DNA of 64,000 bases from positions 82,710,001 through 82,774,000 of the forward strand of contig NW_024704742.1 of assembly GCF_018977255.1 (NCBI RefSeq), given 5' to 3'. This document shows, in pieces, positions 14,021 through 26,135 of this stretch. Numbering within the stretch: position 1 is the first letter of the stretch; each line of letters begins with the position of its first letter. Below the pieces are notes generated by a model. It was not told the DNA's origin and searched no databases. It saw nothing but the letters and a program-made list of their open reading frames with translations. The stretch is from Callorhinchus milii (lineage: Eukaryota). The position numbers and the translations under genes were made by a program.

Positions 14021-14659
14021 CTGTTTACCAGAAATATGAGGGAAGGATATTTCCATTTGCATTAATCCAGTTTACTTGGGGAATTTGGTTTCAGCAGCTC
14101 TTAAAACCATAAATGACTCAAACTAAGGTTGCCCCTGTCTTATATACTGTATATCACCAAACCCTAAATACTGTCAAACATAGTTTATAAATAAAAAATA
14201 GGTTTTAAAAATCTGCCTCCTTGTTATGATAGTTAAGTGGTGAGAGAAAGAACAAGTTCATTTTTTTTAATGCAAAATGTAAAGGAAAAATATTTCTTTT
14301 ACATTGGGGTAAGTTTTTTGTTTTATATTTTGGAAAGAAAGAGAAGTCGAGAAAGAAAGTAAGATGGATTTTAGTCTAAACTGCTCATTGAACTTGTTTC
14401 AAAGCTTGAGAGACAGCCCAAGTGTCATCCAGAGCATTTTAAGAAATAAAACAGAGTTTGTCAGATACTTAGATTATGAACGACTGGAGATGTGATTTCC
14501 CTCTATAATACAAGTAAGTGACAGTGCTGGGAGCCTCAGTGAGCATTCAGTAACTGACAATAGTCACAGTCGGAACTTCAGCAGTGTCCTTTGCTGCTCC
14601 ATCTATGATGATGTGAGGCTACAAACATTCTCATTGAAAGTTTACTCAATAATTTTCAG

Positions 14660-14935
14660 ATAGTAATACCAATCCTTGCATTTGGTATAGTGGCTTGTCA
14701 AGATGTCTGAAAGTACTTCGCAGGAGACACCATAAAGTGGTATCTCAAGGCTATTTTGTGAGCAAATGTGGCAGCCAATTTGCACACATCACTGTCCCAC
14801 AAACCGTCATGAAGTGAATGACCAATTTTATCTGGGGGATTCTTGGCCAGGGCACCAGGAGTAACTCCCTTCTCTTTTCGAATAGTGCCATGAAATCTTT
14901 AAAGTCCATTTGAACATGCAGATGGGACCTTGAGC
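14660..14935 (-). mobile_element. Deu-domain SINE, partial
   Basis: Reverse-complement tail and Deu-type block. Confidence 0.75.
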
Positions 14936-15348
14936 TCTCATAGCAGTGTATTGTAGTGTCAATGGCAACATGAAAGGTACAATATCAAATACATGGATTA
15001 TTTATTATTTAGAAATCCTTTTTGAGAATCCTGCAATTGTAACCTATTTATGATTGAAGGGTTCTTTCCAGTGCCGAAGCGACGGGCATTTCAACTCTTA
15101 AAACATGAAGAGAGAGAGTCTTTTTGATGCATATCTGCTTCAAGACATAGATCTAAATGTACTTTTTCTCCCATTAAGGTGCCTTTCATCTCTCGATGTC
15201 TCGGTCGCTTTATTATTTTCAAACACAATTGCTTCCTGAATAACTGAGCAGTATTTAGTCAGATTATTTTCTGTTGGAAACTATGATACTCAGTAAACTC
15301 TTTTGCTCTTTAAATATTGCCATCAACGCTGTATTTAGCAAATGGAAG

Positions 15349-16910
15349 ATGTTTGAAGATGTATCTAACAGGTTAGATAGGGGGAACCAGTAGATGTAGT
15401 ATATTTAGATTTTACAAAGGCATTTGACAAAGTGCCACACAAAAGGCTATTGCACAAGGTGGAGTCCTGTAGCTCAGTGGTTAGAGCACTCGCTTTGCAA
15501 GCGAGAGACCTGAGTTCAATTCCAGGCAGAGGGCGAAACCTTGGGCAAGTTTCCTTACTCCACACAGAGCCTAATAATAATCCCTCCAAAAAACCAAAAC
15601 AATAATAGATTGGTAATTTTCAATCTACGACTGTTTGTGGGACATTGCTGTGCGCAATTGGCTGCCGCGTTCACCCACAAATATACAGTCAATTCACTTT
15701 ACAGTGTGTTCTGTGAAGCGCTTTGGGACGTCCTCCCGACGTGAAAAGCGCTATATCAAATGCAAGGATTATTATTATTATTATATAAGGTTAAGGCCCA
15801 CGGGATTAATGGGAACATATTAACATGGATTGAAGAGTGGCTAACGGGTAGAAAACAGAGAGTAGGGATACACGGGTCATTCTCGAGATGGTAGGATGTG
15901 ACTACTGGAGTGCCACAAGGATCAGTGCTTGGGCCTCAGCTATTTACAATTTACATCAATGATCTAGACGAGGACATTGAATGTAACGTATCTAAATTTG
16001 CGGATGACACTGAACTAGGTGGGAGAGTAAGCTCTGAGGATGATGCAAAAAGATTGCAACGGGATATAGATAGGTTAGGGGAGTGGGCGAGTAGGTGGCA
16101 GATGGAATTTAATGTGGGGAAGTGTGAAGTTATTCACCTAGGTAGCAAAAATAGAAAAACAGATTATTTTCTAGAAGGGGAGAGATTAGATAGTGTTAGT
16201 GTTCAGAGGGATTTGGGTGTCCTTGTACACCAGTCTCAAAAAGTTAGTTTGCAGGTGCAGCAAGCAACCAAGAAAGCGAACGGCATGTTAGCGTTCATTG
16301 CAAAAGGTTTAGAGTACAAGAGTAGGGAAGTATTGCTGCAACTGTATAGGGCCTTGGTGAGACCGCACCTAGAGTATTGTGTGCAGTTTTGGGGACATAC
16401 TTGCCCTAGAGGGGGTGCAGCGTAGATTCACTAGGTTAGTTCCTGGGATGAGGGGACTGACCTATGAGGGTAGGCTGAATAAACTAGGGCTATATTCTCT
16501 AGAGTACAGAAGAATTAGGGGAGATCTTATTGAAACATATAAGATTCTTAACGGGCTGGATAAAGTAGACACTGAGGGACTGTTTCCCCTGATAGGAGAA
16601 TCTATAACCAGGGGTCACAGTCTTAAAATTAAGGGTCAGCCTTTTGGAACAGAGTTGAGGAAGCATTTCTTCACTCAGAGGGTAGTGAATTTATGGAATT
16701 CACTACCACAGAAGGCTGTAGATGCTCAGTCCTTGAACATCTTCAAGGCTGAGACTGATAGATTTTTACAAAATAGAGGGATTAGGGGATATGGGGATAG
16801 GGCAGGTAATTAGAGTTAGATCTGAAGATCAGCCATGATCTTATCAAATGGCGGGGCAGGCTCGAGGGGCCGAATGGCCTACTCCTGCTCCTAAGTCTTA
16901 TGTTCTTATG
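15349..16910 (+). mobile_element. 5'-truncated CR1 LINE (RT domain to 3' end), inactivated
   Basis: [43 protein letters not shown]. In-frame TAG near 15892, frameshifting deletion near 16390, (TCTTATG)2-type tail, probable TSD ATGGAAG at 15342-15348 and 16908-16914. Confidence 0.95.
15461..15786 (+). mobile_element. Young tRNA(Ala)-headed SINE, short form, inserted in CR1
   Basis: A box TAGCTCAGTGG, anticodon arm CTCGC-TTTGCAA-GCGAG, B box GTTCAATTCC. TSD AAGGT at 15456-15460 and 15787-15791; the CR1 frame resumes on the far side. Confidence 0.95.
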
Positions 16911-17074
16911 GAAGTCAAAATCGAAATAAAATGAGTATGGAATGAACTATAGAACTATAGAAATTGACAACACGTTTGATCCTTTCTCTTAGTGTTAGGG
17001 TTTGCTCCTCAATCTAACCTAAGATAGGCCAATTGACTCATTAAGTTTGTTCCTGTCCAGATCACACAATAAAG

Positions 17075-17333
17075 GCAGGGTGAAACCTTGGGCAAGTTAC
17101 CTTATTTCACACGCCTAATAATAATAATCCCTCCAAAAAAACAAAAACAATAATAAATTGGTCATTTCCAATCCGCGACTGTTTGTGGGATACTGCAGTG
17201 CGCAATTGCTGCCCCGTTTCATCTACAAATATACAGTCAATTCACTTTACAGCATATTCTGTGAAGCGCTTTGAGACGTCTAGAAGACTGAAAAGCACTA
17301 TATCAAATGCAAGGATTATTATTATTATTATTA
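17075..17333 (+). mobile_element. SINE short form, head missing
   Basis: GAAACCTTGGGCAAGTT..CACACGCCTAATAATAA through the tail. Confidence 0.88.
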
Positions 17334-17519
17334 AAGGTTGCCCTTCATATCTGAAGATGGCCATTCACACAATGTGAACACCTGAGTGCGTGAATTTGTT
17401 TATAGTGTAGAAGCTGCTGACCACACAGCAACCACACTCTCAGATAGCAAGGAGTGTAACCTGGTGTCAAGGAATATACAAAAAGACTAGACCACTTGCT
17501 AACCTCACTGGCAGAAACC

Positions 17520-17890
17520 ATTACCCCCAGAATGTAATCTGCCAATGACTAACAACCGGGTTCTTACTTACTGCTAGGTAAACAGAGGCATTAGAAGTAA
17601 GGAAACTTGTCTAAGGTCTTGCCCCACCCAGGAATTAAACCTGGGTTCTCTCGCTTGAGAGACAAATGCTCTAAACCACTATACTAACCACTCTTTGACC
17701 GTGCCTTCAGCTCCCCTCTCGACTCTCTTCCCCCTCCTCGCTCCCTCCCTTCCCTCCCCTCACCCTGACCATTTCCCCCCTGCTCGGGTCCTGACCCAAC
17801 TGTGCAGCGCCTTGGGACGTCCTCCTGACGTGAAAGGCGCTTTATAAATGGAATCTTGTTGTTGTTGTTGTTGTATACTATGGGACTTCA
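17520..17890 (-). mobile_element. SINE long form, 5' half, head split by an L2 3' end
   Basis: Central block and head on the minus strand; the head resumes after 17874. Confidence 0.8.
17691..17873 (+). mobile_element. Young L2 3' UTR fragment
   Basis: Near identical to 43924-44149, (TTG)n tail, TSD TATACTA at 17680-17686 and 17874-17880. Confidence 0.93.
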
Positions 17891-18966
17891 ATCTAATCCA
17901 AATCATGAAATACCTCTCCTACCAAGAACTAAACCTCATCTACTCAATCTCCTGAGGAAAGATTCCCGTTTCCCAAAGTTAACAGAGCAGCAACACCAGT
18001 CAATTTGTCCTCCCATGTCTCAACTACTTCAATTCTGGCTCCTTTTTCTTCCACCTCCCCTTCCAGATCAGATACCTGTGTTTCCAGGTGACACTTGCAC
18101 CAATTCTCAAGCTACTTGAAGCACAGAAACCAATTTGTATCAAGTTAGTGGCAATCTTGTTATTTTTAATGAACCGCGTGTATATGAGCAAAAGGTGAAT
18201 AATGCTCAGCCTTATTTTTGCTAGCTCACAATTAAATATAATTCACAATCTTCACAGGCATTGCATATTTTTAACTTTGTCCTTTTTCTGACATTTCTGA
18301 GTGAATCGTTGTTTATTTCTGTACCTTATTCCCAATTCTTGTATTTTTTATACTTTTGGTTNAAAAAAATCCTTCATTATGTCCGAGTCAATTTAATATT
18401 GAAAAATATCCCCTGAGCACCCAACAATCTTTTCATTTTCAAATGATTTGTTCCAAAAATAATACCTTAATTTTCCCTGGATTGCTTCACTTGTCGAGAG
18501 GATTGCGTTAAGGTGGATATTGTGATATTGTGTGTTTCGGTGAATAATTGAAATCTGGAATCCATCAAGATCACGGTGCTAATAACAGCGAAGGAAATGT
18601 GATCCTGCCTGCTTGTCACTTGGAAGTGTTAGAAGATGTTGCTCTAATCATGCAATTTAGCATATGGCAACGAGAGGTTTCCTTACCAACTACGGAGGTA
18701 CACACTGCACTTCAGATCAAAGTAATCGAGAGAACATTTCAGTTGTGTACAAATTCACATATACTATGCCCTGCTGCTATCTTCCAATTTCTGTGATACC
18801 CGGTTTCCAACAGCAACAAGCTATTTCATTCACCCCACTCAAATTGTAAAGGTTCTCTGATTCAGGTTTTCTACTGCATTTTTAGTTTGTTTCAGCATAG
18901 TATTGGACAACAACAATAATAACAACTCCATTTATATGGGATAATGTCTCAGAATTGTTCATACTG

Positions 18967-19381
18967 ATAACATAACATAACATAACATGTAGGAGCAGGA
19001 GTAGGCCATTCGGCCCTTCGAGCCTGCCCTGCCATTCAATCATGGCTGATCTTCTAATCTAATGCAGCTAATAACCTAACTCTGCCTTATCCCCATATCC
19101 CTTAATCCCTTTTGAAATAAGAAATCTATCTATCTCAGTCTTGAATATGTTCAAGGACTGAGCGTCAACAGCCCTTTGGGGTAGTGAGTTCCATACATTC
19201 ACCACCCTTTGAGTGAAGACGTTTTTCCTCAACTCAGTGCGAAAGGGCTGGTCTCTGATTTTAAGGTTGTGACCCCTGGTTTTAGTTTCTCCGACCAGGG
19301 GAAATAATCTCCCACTATCTACTCTATCATGTCCTTTGATGATCTTATAGGTTTCTACCTTTGATGATCTTATAGGTTTCT
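18967..19381 (-). mobile_element. Young CR1 3' fragment
   Basis: ETYKIIKG..TRGH.LK..FTQRVVNVWNSLP, (TTATG)n tail, near identical to 63488-63870. Confidence 0.95.
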
Positions 19382-21665
19382 GGGGGATCAGAACACTGAG
19401 CAAGGGATACCTACCTTATACATTATGTACCTTGGACACTGTTGGGCAGAATCCCACCTGGGCCCAGCTTTACAATATTTTCTTTGCATTTTACAGCTTC
19501 TCACATTTACCAAACTGTTGAATTCAGTCTTAACTTTGAAGCCTGTTTTATGTAGTTTTTAAATGAGCTTACAACCAACACAGCTCCAAAATGAATCTGA
19601 AATGCTACATATTTAGTCCCACACAGATAAACCAAAGAGCTCTTCCCATGTTTACGCAGCACTAAAAGCTGGTTTATTTTTAATATACTTAGGATCCTGC
19701 AGATTCCTTAATAGTGTTAAAAAAGGAATGTACAATCTTAAAAAAATTAGTTTAAAAGTTTCCTTTGCAAAGCCTACAGTCTGATTGCAATTATACTGCA
19801 GTCAATGCAAAGTGCTCCAGTCAGAAGCACAGTTTGTGTTCATTTGATGTTCAAACCACATCAAATCAACGCACATTCGATATTATGGCTGTGGCATGCA
19901 TTTCACAGAATTTTGCTGACGTAGCTAAATGATAGGACTGAAACCTGACCACAGTGATAAAGAGACCAATGGGCAGGGAAAGCTTTGCAGTCAGTCATTT
20001 TTAAGTCACAGAAACAAAGACTGACAGTGATTTATTTTTCGCCCCTCAGGTGAAGGGATCGTAAGCCGTTTGCAGTTAGGCATTAAAAGAAACGTAGCCA
20101 GTGGCTTGTGTCTGAGGATAACAACACACACAGCATTCACAAATTGAGGGATTAGAACATGTGTTGGCCTTAGATTTTCCCAATAATCAACTGCAAATTG
20201 TTTTTTAATGAACCTGCAGTAATGGGGTCACAATTGTTAATCATTCAGTGCAGGAGGTATTGCATCATTTATCACTTTACCAGCATTCACTAGCAGTGCA
20301 AAACAGAACCCAAACTCAATCAAAGCAGCCTATCAGCGAGATTTTTTTTGGACAACCGGGTGTGGAAACCCGTCACCATGTTTAAGAGTAACCACACCAG
20401 CAGCTTCACGTATGTATGCCACTTGCCAATGGGAATTTCCCATCATTTCAGGGAAGTTAGATATCCTCTTGTGCTTTGAAGTTGTCATCTTAACTCGGGA
20501 CTAACTGACAACAATTTACAAACCATAAAAATCTATTTTGATCGCTGTAGATAGGCACCATCTGAACGCCCTCTTTGGGGAACTACCAGAAACCCTGAGC
20601 AGTTAATGATTTTCTTTGATGCATGTTTCTTTGCCTCAGTAATCACTTTGCACTTTCCTGGCCTCCAATGAGTGTGGACAAACGTCTGTATTCCCATTTC
20701 CCCAGGATACTTTGAGGAAAATCAATGATTCTAAATCTTTCTCCCTTCAGTCCATGGCTTATTGAATGCATCATGCCCAGGAAATTTGAGCTGCATCTGC
20801 TACAGGCATGGTATCCAGCTGTCTGAGACACCACCCTTTGTGAAGAGAGCTATATAACGGCAGGTTGTTGTTGTTGTTCCCGACCTGCATCTGTCCCATT
20901 ATACTCTCATGTAGGAGTTATGATAAGATATCCGGCTTGCTCGCACATCCATCATCACATCAGTATGATTTCTAAGAGGTTCTTGTCCTCTTGTCAGCAG
21001 GTGAACTTCTTTCAGGTATTAGCATGCAGCTCTGGCCAGGAATTCCTATCTTCATTGGTAGTCGCTTACCTCGTGGGAATCCCTGGCAAAAATTGTTTAT
21101 TCTCCTCATGACTGTTTTGTGGGACCTCGCTGTTGGCAAAGTGTCTCCTGGTTTGTCTAAAAAAAAGTCACTATTAGGAAGTCACTCTTCACTCAGAGGA
21201 TAATAAATAACTGGAAGAGGTTGCCAGGAAAAGTAGTTGAGTCCTGACTGTCCAGTGCCTTGGGACATCCTCCCGATGTGAAAGACACTATGCAAATGTA
21301 ATTTTGTTGTTGTTCATATTGTTGTTGCATCTTTGAAGCCTGGAATGCTGTTTGCATATGGAAAACACTGTATCATTTATTTCCACCCTCATCCTCAGCT
21401 CCCCCCACCCATCACCAAGCTTCGGCTCCCAGTAGACTGTGTGAAGCTGTTTGAGGCTTCCTCCTGATATGAAAGGTGCTATATAAATGTAAATTGTTGT
21501 TGTTGTCTCCACCTGATACCACAGCCAGCCTTCCACCTCTATTGGACGTTGTGGGCCCAGACCCCATTCGCCTGCTCTGTGAAACAGCACAGTGCGCCTT
21601 CACCCCACAGCAACTACCTTGAAACCACCGTATGCTTCACACTGTGCAAGTGTCAGCTATGTAAG

Positions 21666-21985
21666 AATAATAATAATAATTGCTGAATTTGATATAGCGC
21701 TTTTCATGTCTTCTAGACGTCTCAAAACACTTCATAGCATATACTGTAAAGTGAATTGACTATATATTTGTGAGCGAAATTCAGCAGCCAAATTGAGGAG
21801 AGCAGTGTCCCACAAACAATCATGGATTGAAGTGATCAATTTTTTATTGTGTTTTTTTTTTCTTGAGGGATTATTATTAGGCGTGTGGAGTAAGGAAACT
21901 TGCCCAAGGTTTTACCCTGCCGAGAATCGAACTCAGGTCTCTCGCTTGAGAGGCGAGTGCTTTAACCACTGAGCTACAGGACTCC
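21666..21985 (-). mobile_element. tRNA-headed SINE, short form, full length
   Basis: Head GGAGTCCTGTAGCTCAGTGG on the minus strand; tail with TAGAA loop. Confidence 0.92.
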
Positions 21986-22694
21986 ACGATAAGGATGTGA
22001 TAGGGAGTCACCTCATAGCTAGCAGGAATTTATTTTGGTACATTTTTACCAGGTGTATTCCAAAGTGGAAAAGAGTAACTGGCCAGTTTTGCTGCAAAAT
22101 GTAAAGTGAGCAGTCCTGCTAATTGCCTCAGTAGCACTAGAAATTGCCCTGGGACCTCCTTTCAATGTGAAGAAGTTATATAAATGTAAATGTGTTGTTG
22201 TTGTTGCCAACATAACAAAGGAAATGGAGTAGAATTTCCTTCACTTAATGAGAACAGTATCGGATTAGTGTTCAGACCGGCAATGTTAAACAGAATGGAT
22301 CTATCCTGGGCAGTGTGTGCCATTGTCATTGTGTCTACCCATGTGAGGTAACTACTGGTATTAGCATGGCTAGATTTCAATGGTTAATAAGACGTGTCAC
22401 ACTTTTTGAAACCCATTATCAACGTATTATTTCAAATTTGCAGTAATATTAAATTACAACATTAATTTACGGCTTAAATGCTGCTGTGCCTTATTTACCC
22501 TTCAGAAATGATTAACAGCCTGTTGAAATTTCAAATGGTCTGAGACAATTAACAGTGAAGGTGTGCATTAGCAGAAAAACCTCCATATCCAGTTAGTGGA
22601 ATCATTCCAATCAGATATTCTGACACACAGCAAGGTAGCAAAGAAACAAAAGCATGCTTGCCCCTCAGGTAATGTGGTTAGTAACCCATTGAGA

Positions 22695-22912
22695 GAGGGA
22701 GACACACACACATATTCATTCAAACACATAGTCAGGCATACAGCAAGCGAGACACACACACTTACAGACGCAGAGCAAGAGAGAGAAAGACCCTCACAGA
22801 CACACAATGGGAGAGACACAGTGAGAAAGAGACAGACACACAAACATACACTCACACGCAGGCACATATGAACAGATGTGCACACAGACATACATGCACA
22901 CAAACATACACA
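22695..22912. repeat. Degenerate (CA)/(GA) low-complexity tract
   Basis: Visible dinucleotide runs. Confidence 0.8.
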
Positions 22913-23675
22913 AGATAATAAGAATTATAAATCCTAGCTGCCTGTGTTGGTGGTATTGGCTGGAGAAAGTATGAACAGTAATCCCAATGTGACAGATTTA
23001 ATACACATTCTCTAGACATAATGGAGATAGAAAGCGGGATTTATATAATGAAATATTTAATTCATTACTAGAGCCTGAGGTACAGTTTGCAATTTAGCAC
23101 GATCTGCGTCTCGTGTTTTGTAGCTATTACACTAAACCTGTTCCAAGACATAGAAACAGTAGCATGCAAAATCTGCAGCATTGTTTAACATCAAAGGAGA
23201 TATCTGACATAACTTCAAAAAGAAATTACTGGAGATAGAGAATCTAATTTCTGCTCCTAAAACAATTCAGCACATCAGGACTTTGCAGTGGTTTCACATC
23301 TCATTTCACTTCAAAGAGATTCTCAAAGTAAAACTCAATTTTTTTTCTGGGATATTGTCTTGCTTAATTTCTTTCTCTTATTACAGCTATTCATAACTGT
23401 CTTTTTTAATGAGGCAGCTCCTTCCTGCTGTACAAACTTAATTGCCTGTCAGTGTGGCAATCATGAAGAAGGGCTGTCCTTGTACAGTGAGCTTTTATAT
23501 TATTGCCGCTTTTGGCTTTGTCTAAAGTTCCTGACCCGTGCTGGAGGACAGATTCCCAATCACTGTCTGTAATACCTCATACAATCAGTCATTCTTCAAT
23601 TGTGAGCCGAGAAAGACAGTATCATTACATCAGATTGGTCAGCTGGGTGTCTTGACACATTCGGAAACCCATTAC

Positions 23676-23763
23676 CCTGCTTAAGAATATCCAAAGCAAA
23701 GTTCCATGCATGCTGCCTCCACATGGAAATGTCTGTGTCTGGAATGCAATGCGCACTCTCTTG
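23676..23763 (-). CDS. Candidate internal exon (QESAHCIPDTDISMWRQHAWNFALDILKQ), product unknown
   Basis: Acceptor GTGTGTCCCTCCAG, donor CAGG|GTAATG, open frame. Its phase-0 start fits the exon at 24495-24644. Confidence 0.35.
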
Positions 23764-24199
23764 CTGGAGGGACACACTCTGCTTATCCATTTTGGGAGAT
23801 ATGAGGCACAAGCTGATAAGAGCTCGGGCTTCAGGACCCCAGAGTGTTCATTGAGGTACAACTAGCTGAAACCTCATGGCTTGCCATTGGAGGCACCGTG
23901 TGGCAAGATTCCCACTGTTTGCCACATAAGTAACTCTAATTGGGAGTTTAGAAGGACCTTCTTCACATTGAGGGTGATGAAAATGTAGAACTCATATGTG
24001 AAAAAGAATCATGTCTTCTAGGGCAGCAGCTATTGTAACACATGTCTTGTAGTATGCATGCCATGTGCCATTATCATTAACAATATAGCAATGTACCGCC
24101 ACAGGAGTTTGTTGTTTGCTGGGAAGCTTCAGCGTATAATCATTAATGGCAGTTTTGAGATCCTCTGGTAGCTAGATGAAAACATGCATTATGTACTGA

Positions 24200-24460
24200 G
24201 AAATATAGACAAGCAGGGTCCAAGGTTAAATGCCTTGCCTGTGTTAAGTTAGTTATCTCAGGAGATAGAGTGGAGCAAGAGTAAAATGCTACAGTTAGCT
24301 TCAGGATCATGCACTCAGGCAGGGGTGGGAATGTCAGCCAAGTTTGTGCTTGCTATTCAGTGACTCGCTAGTTATTGTGGATATCAGATGATGTCTCTCA
24401 CAGCTGAATAGTATGTGGATATTGGCTGTACAGGACTGGGCATATGGAATGGGCATAGGA
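24200..24460 (+). mobile_element. Old AmnSINE2-like SINE relic
   Basis: CTGTGTTAAGTTAGTTATCTCAG..GCTACAGTTAGCTTCAG..TCAGCCA..GCTATTCAGTGAC, homologous to 33460-33970. Family name from recall. Confidence 0.55.
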
Positions 24461-24494
24461 GGTTTCCTAGTGTCTATAGAACACAAATCATTAC

Positions 24495-24644
24495 CTTCAG
24501 GTCAAGAGAGGCAAAGATTGTAGGCCCGGGTTCATTTTCGTAACAAAAATCGACTTCAATAAGATGGTTTAGATGATTTCGGAGTGTGTCTGCACACATC
24601 AAATGATCTTTGATATCCTTTTTGGAAATTAACATTGTTGCTTG
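24495..24644 (-). CDS. Probable internal coding exon (QATMLISKKDIKDHLMCADTLRNHLNHLIEVDFCYENEPGPTIFASLDLK), gene not identified
   Basis: Acceptor TTTTTATTTTCCAG, donor AAG|GTAATG, exactly 150 bp, phase 0-0, stop-free, protein-like composition, unique DNA. Confidence 0.6.
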
Positions 24645-25889
24645 CTGGAAAATAAAAACCTTACCCAGTAACAAAAAAAGGCGAGGCAGATTTGTGAATG
24701 GTGCTACTCTTCGTGATGATTCACCCTGGGACTCAATCATGAACTATATCCTTTGAAGAACTGGCGAGAAGGTTAGGGGAGAGAGACACTGCCTCTGATA
24801 CATTTAACTGTCTGGAAATCAAGGATCAAAACGGATATTAAAAGCAGTGTAAAAATCGTGGAGCATTCTCTGAAAACAGAATGCTTAAAAACACTGCCTC
24901 CATCGAAGTGTAGTCCGCGCCTGGTGGCATTGTCCTCTGAGCATTGGATTGAATCATTTAACTGGGCATGGTAATGTTGACCCCATCAGTATTGTTAGCA
25001 AGAATCTAGAAATCAAGGGTCTCTACACAAAACTCCAGGAACTCCTTCCTTCTTTATCTTACTCTGCTTAACCCATTCTCTGTCTATAAGTCCTGTCTCA
25101 AATGCAGCCTATGACCCCACTTTGCCCTTTTCCATTCCTCGGCATCCAACCCCCCATCCCTTTGAAGTGCTCGGAGATGTTACTATATGTGAAGAGTGCT
25201 ATATGGAACCTTCCAGTGCATTCAGTATCATGGCTGAACTCTATGCAGAGATAACTGTAATGCATGTGGCTCTACACATTAAGGTCTCAAATGTTTTGCA
25301 TTTGACAAACAATATTCACCGCTAATCTTTTTCTGAACTGTATAAAAGCAAACGTTGAGCCCGAGCTCCCAATGCAGAAAAAGAATTTTAATTCACTGAA
25401 GTGTTGTCAAATCAGATGTATTAGTGAACACGCTGCAACGTGAGCATGTAATCAGATAGGGAACCCCCATTACACGGCTGGTTGAGATTTCCATTAATAT
25501 GACTCTCTTGGTGAAAGCTTGGATTGTGTGTGCGTGTGTATTTTTCATGAATACATTCAGGGAAACATTTAATATCTGCACTAGTCATTGTGCTGAAACT
25601 CAAACCTCCCACGCAGTGCTCAAAGCATCCAATATCTATGTTCTCTGTGAATAAACCATTTTGAAACGTCCTTCTGATGTGCAAGGCTCCTTATAATTGT
25701 AAATTCCATGGTATTGAAAGGTGTTTGTCTGAGAGAAGGTAATATCTGGGATAGCAGGAATAGAGCATGTGTCTTAATTTGTTTTCTTTACTCTTTATAA
25801 TTGTAAATTCCATGACCTTCCTAAATGCTTCATAAAGTTTTAACTGCAGGTAAACAATATTTTCATTTGAGATCATGCGTTATGTTGCA

Positions 25890-26135
25890 ATGTTTCAAAA
25901 TGCTTCTTTCTGTAAAGTGTAGTGACTATGTATTTGTCAACAAATGCAGTAGGTAATTTGCGCGCAATTTTTAACGCCCACCTGAACAGGCAGGTGGGAC
26001 CTCGGTTTAACATCTCATCTGAAGGAAAACTCTTCTGACAATTCAGCGCATCCCCAACAATATTCCGCAGTGTCAGCCTGGGCTGTGAGGTGAATGTCTT
26101 GATGTGGGGATTGAACCCACAATCTTCTTGAAACA
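25890..26135 (-). mobile_element. Deu-domain SINE, internally deleted
   Basis: CACCTGAACAGGCAG..GGTTTAACATCTCATC..GTGTCAGCCT..TTGAACCCACAA. Confidence 0.75.

Noticed and set aside
15461..15535. tRNA-Ala(TGC)-like cloverleaf, also at 62802 and 35545-35620
   Set aside because: It is the head of a SINE: it continues into SINE body and tail, has TSDs, and the anticodon varies among copies.
15541..15823. Recurrent peptides such as MGKFPYST.. and ..KRYIKCKDYYY appearing as a multi-copy small gene family
   Set aside because: Translations of SINE copies.
912..18362. Single N bases beside A runs (912, 18362); long C runs near 57125 and 59470
   Set aside because: Homopolymer-associated sequencing uncertainty, not biology.
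21070..21156. Minus-strand exon-like segment with good acceptor and GTAAGC donor
   Set aside because: It lies within a decayed Deu-SINE body; cryptic sites are more likely.
22258..22347. Plus-strand 90-bp open segment (YRISVQTGNVK..) with a GTAACT donor
   Set aside because: Weak acceptor and no supporting neighbouring exon; the resemblance to a PLAT strand is too short.
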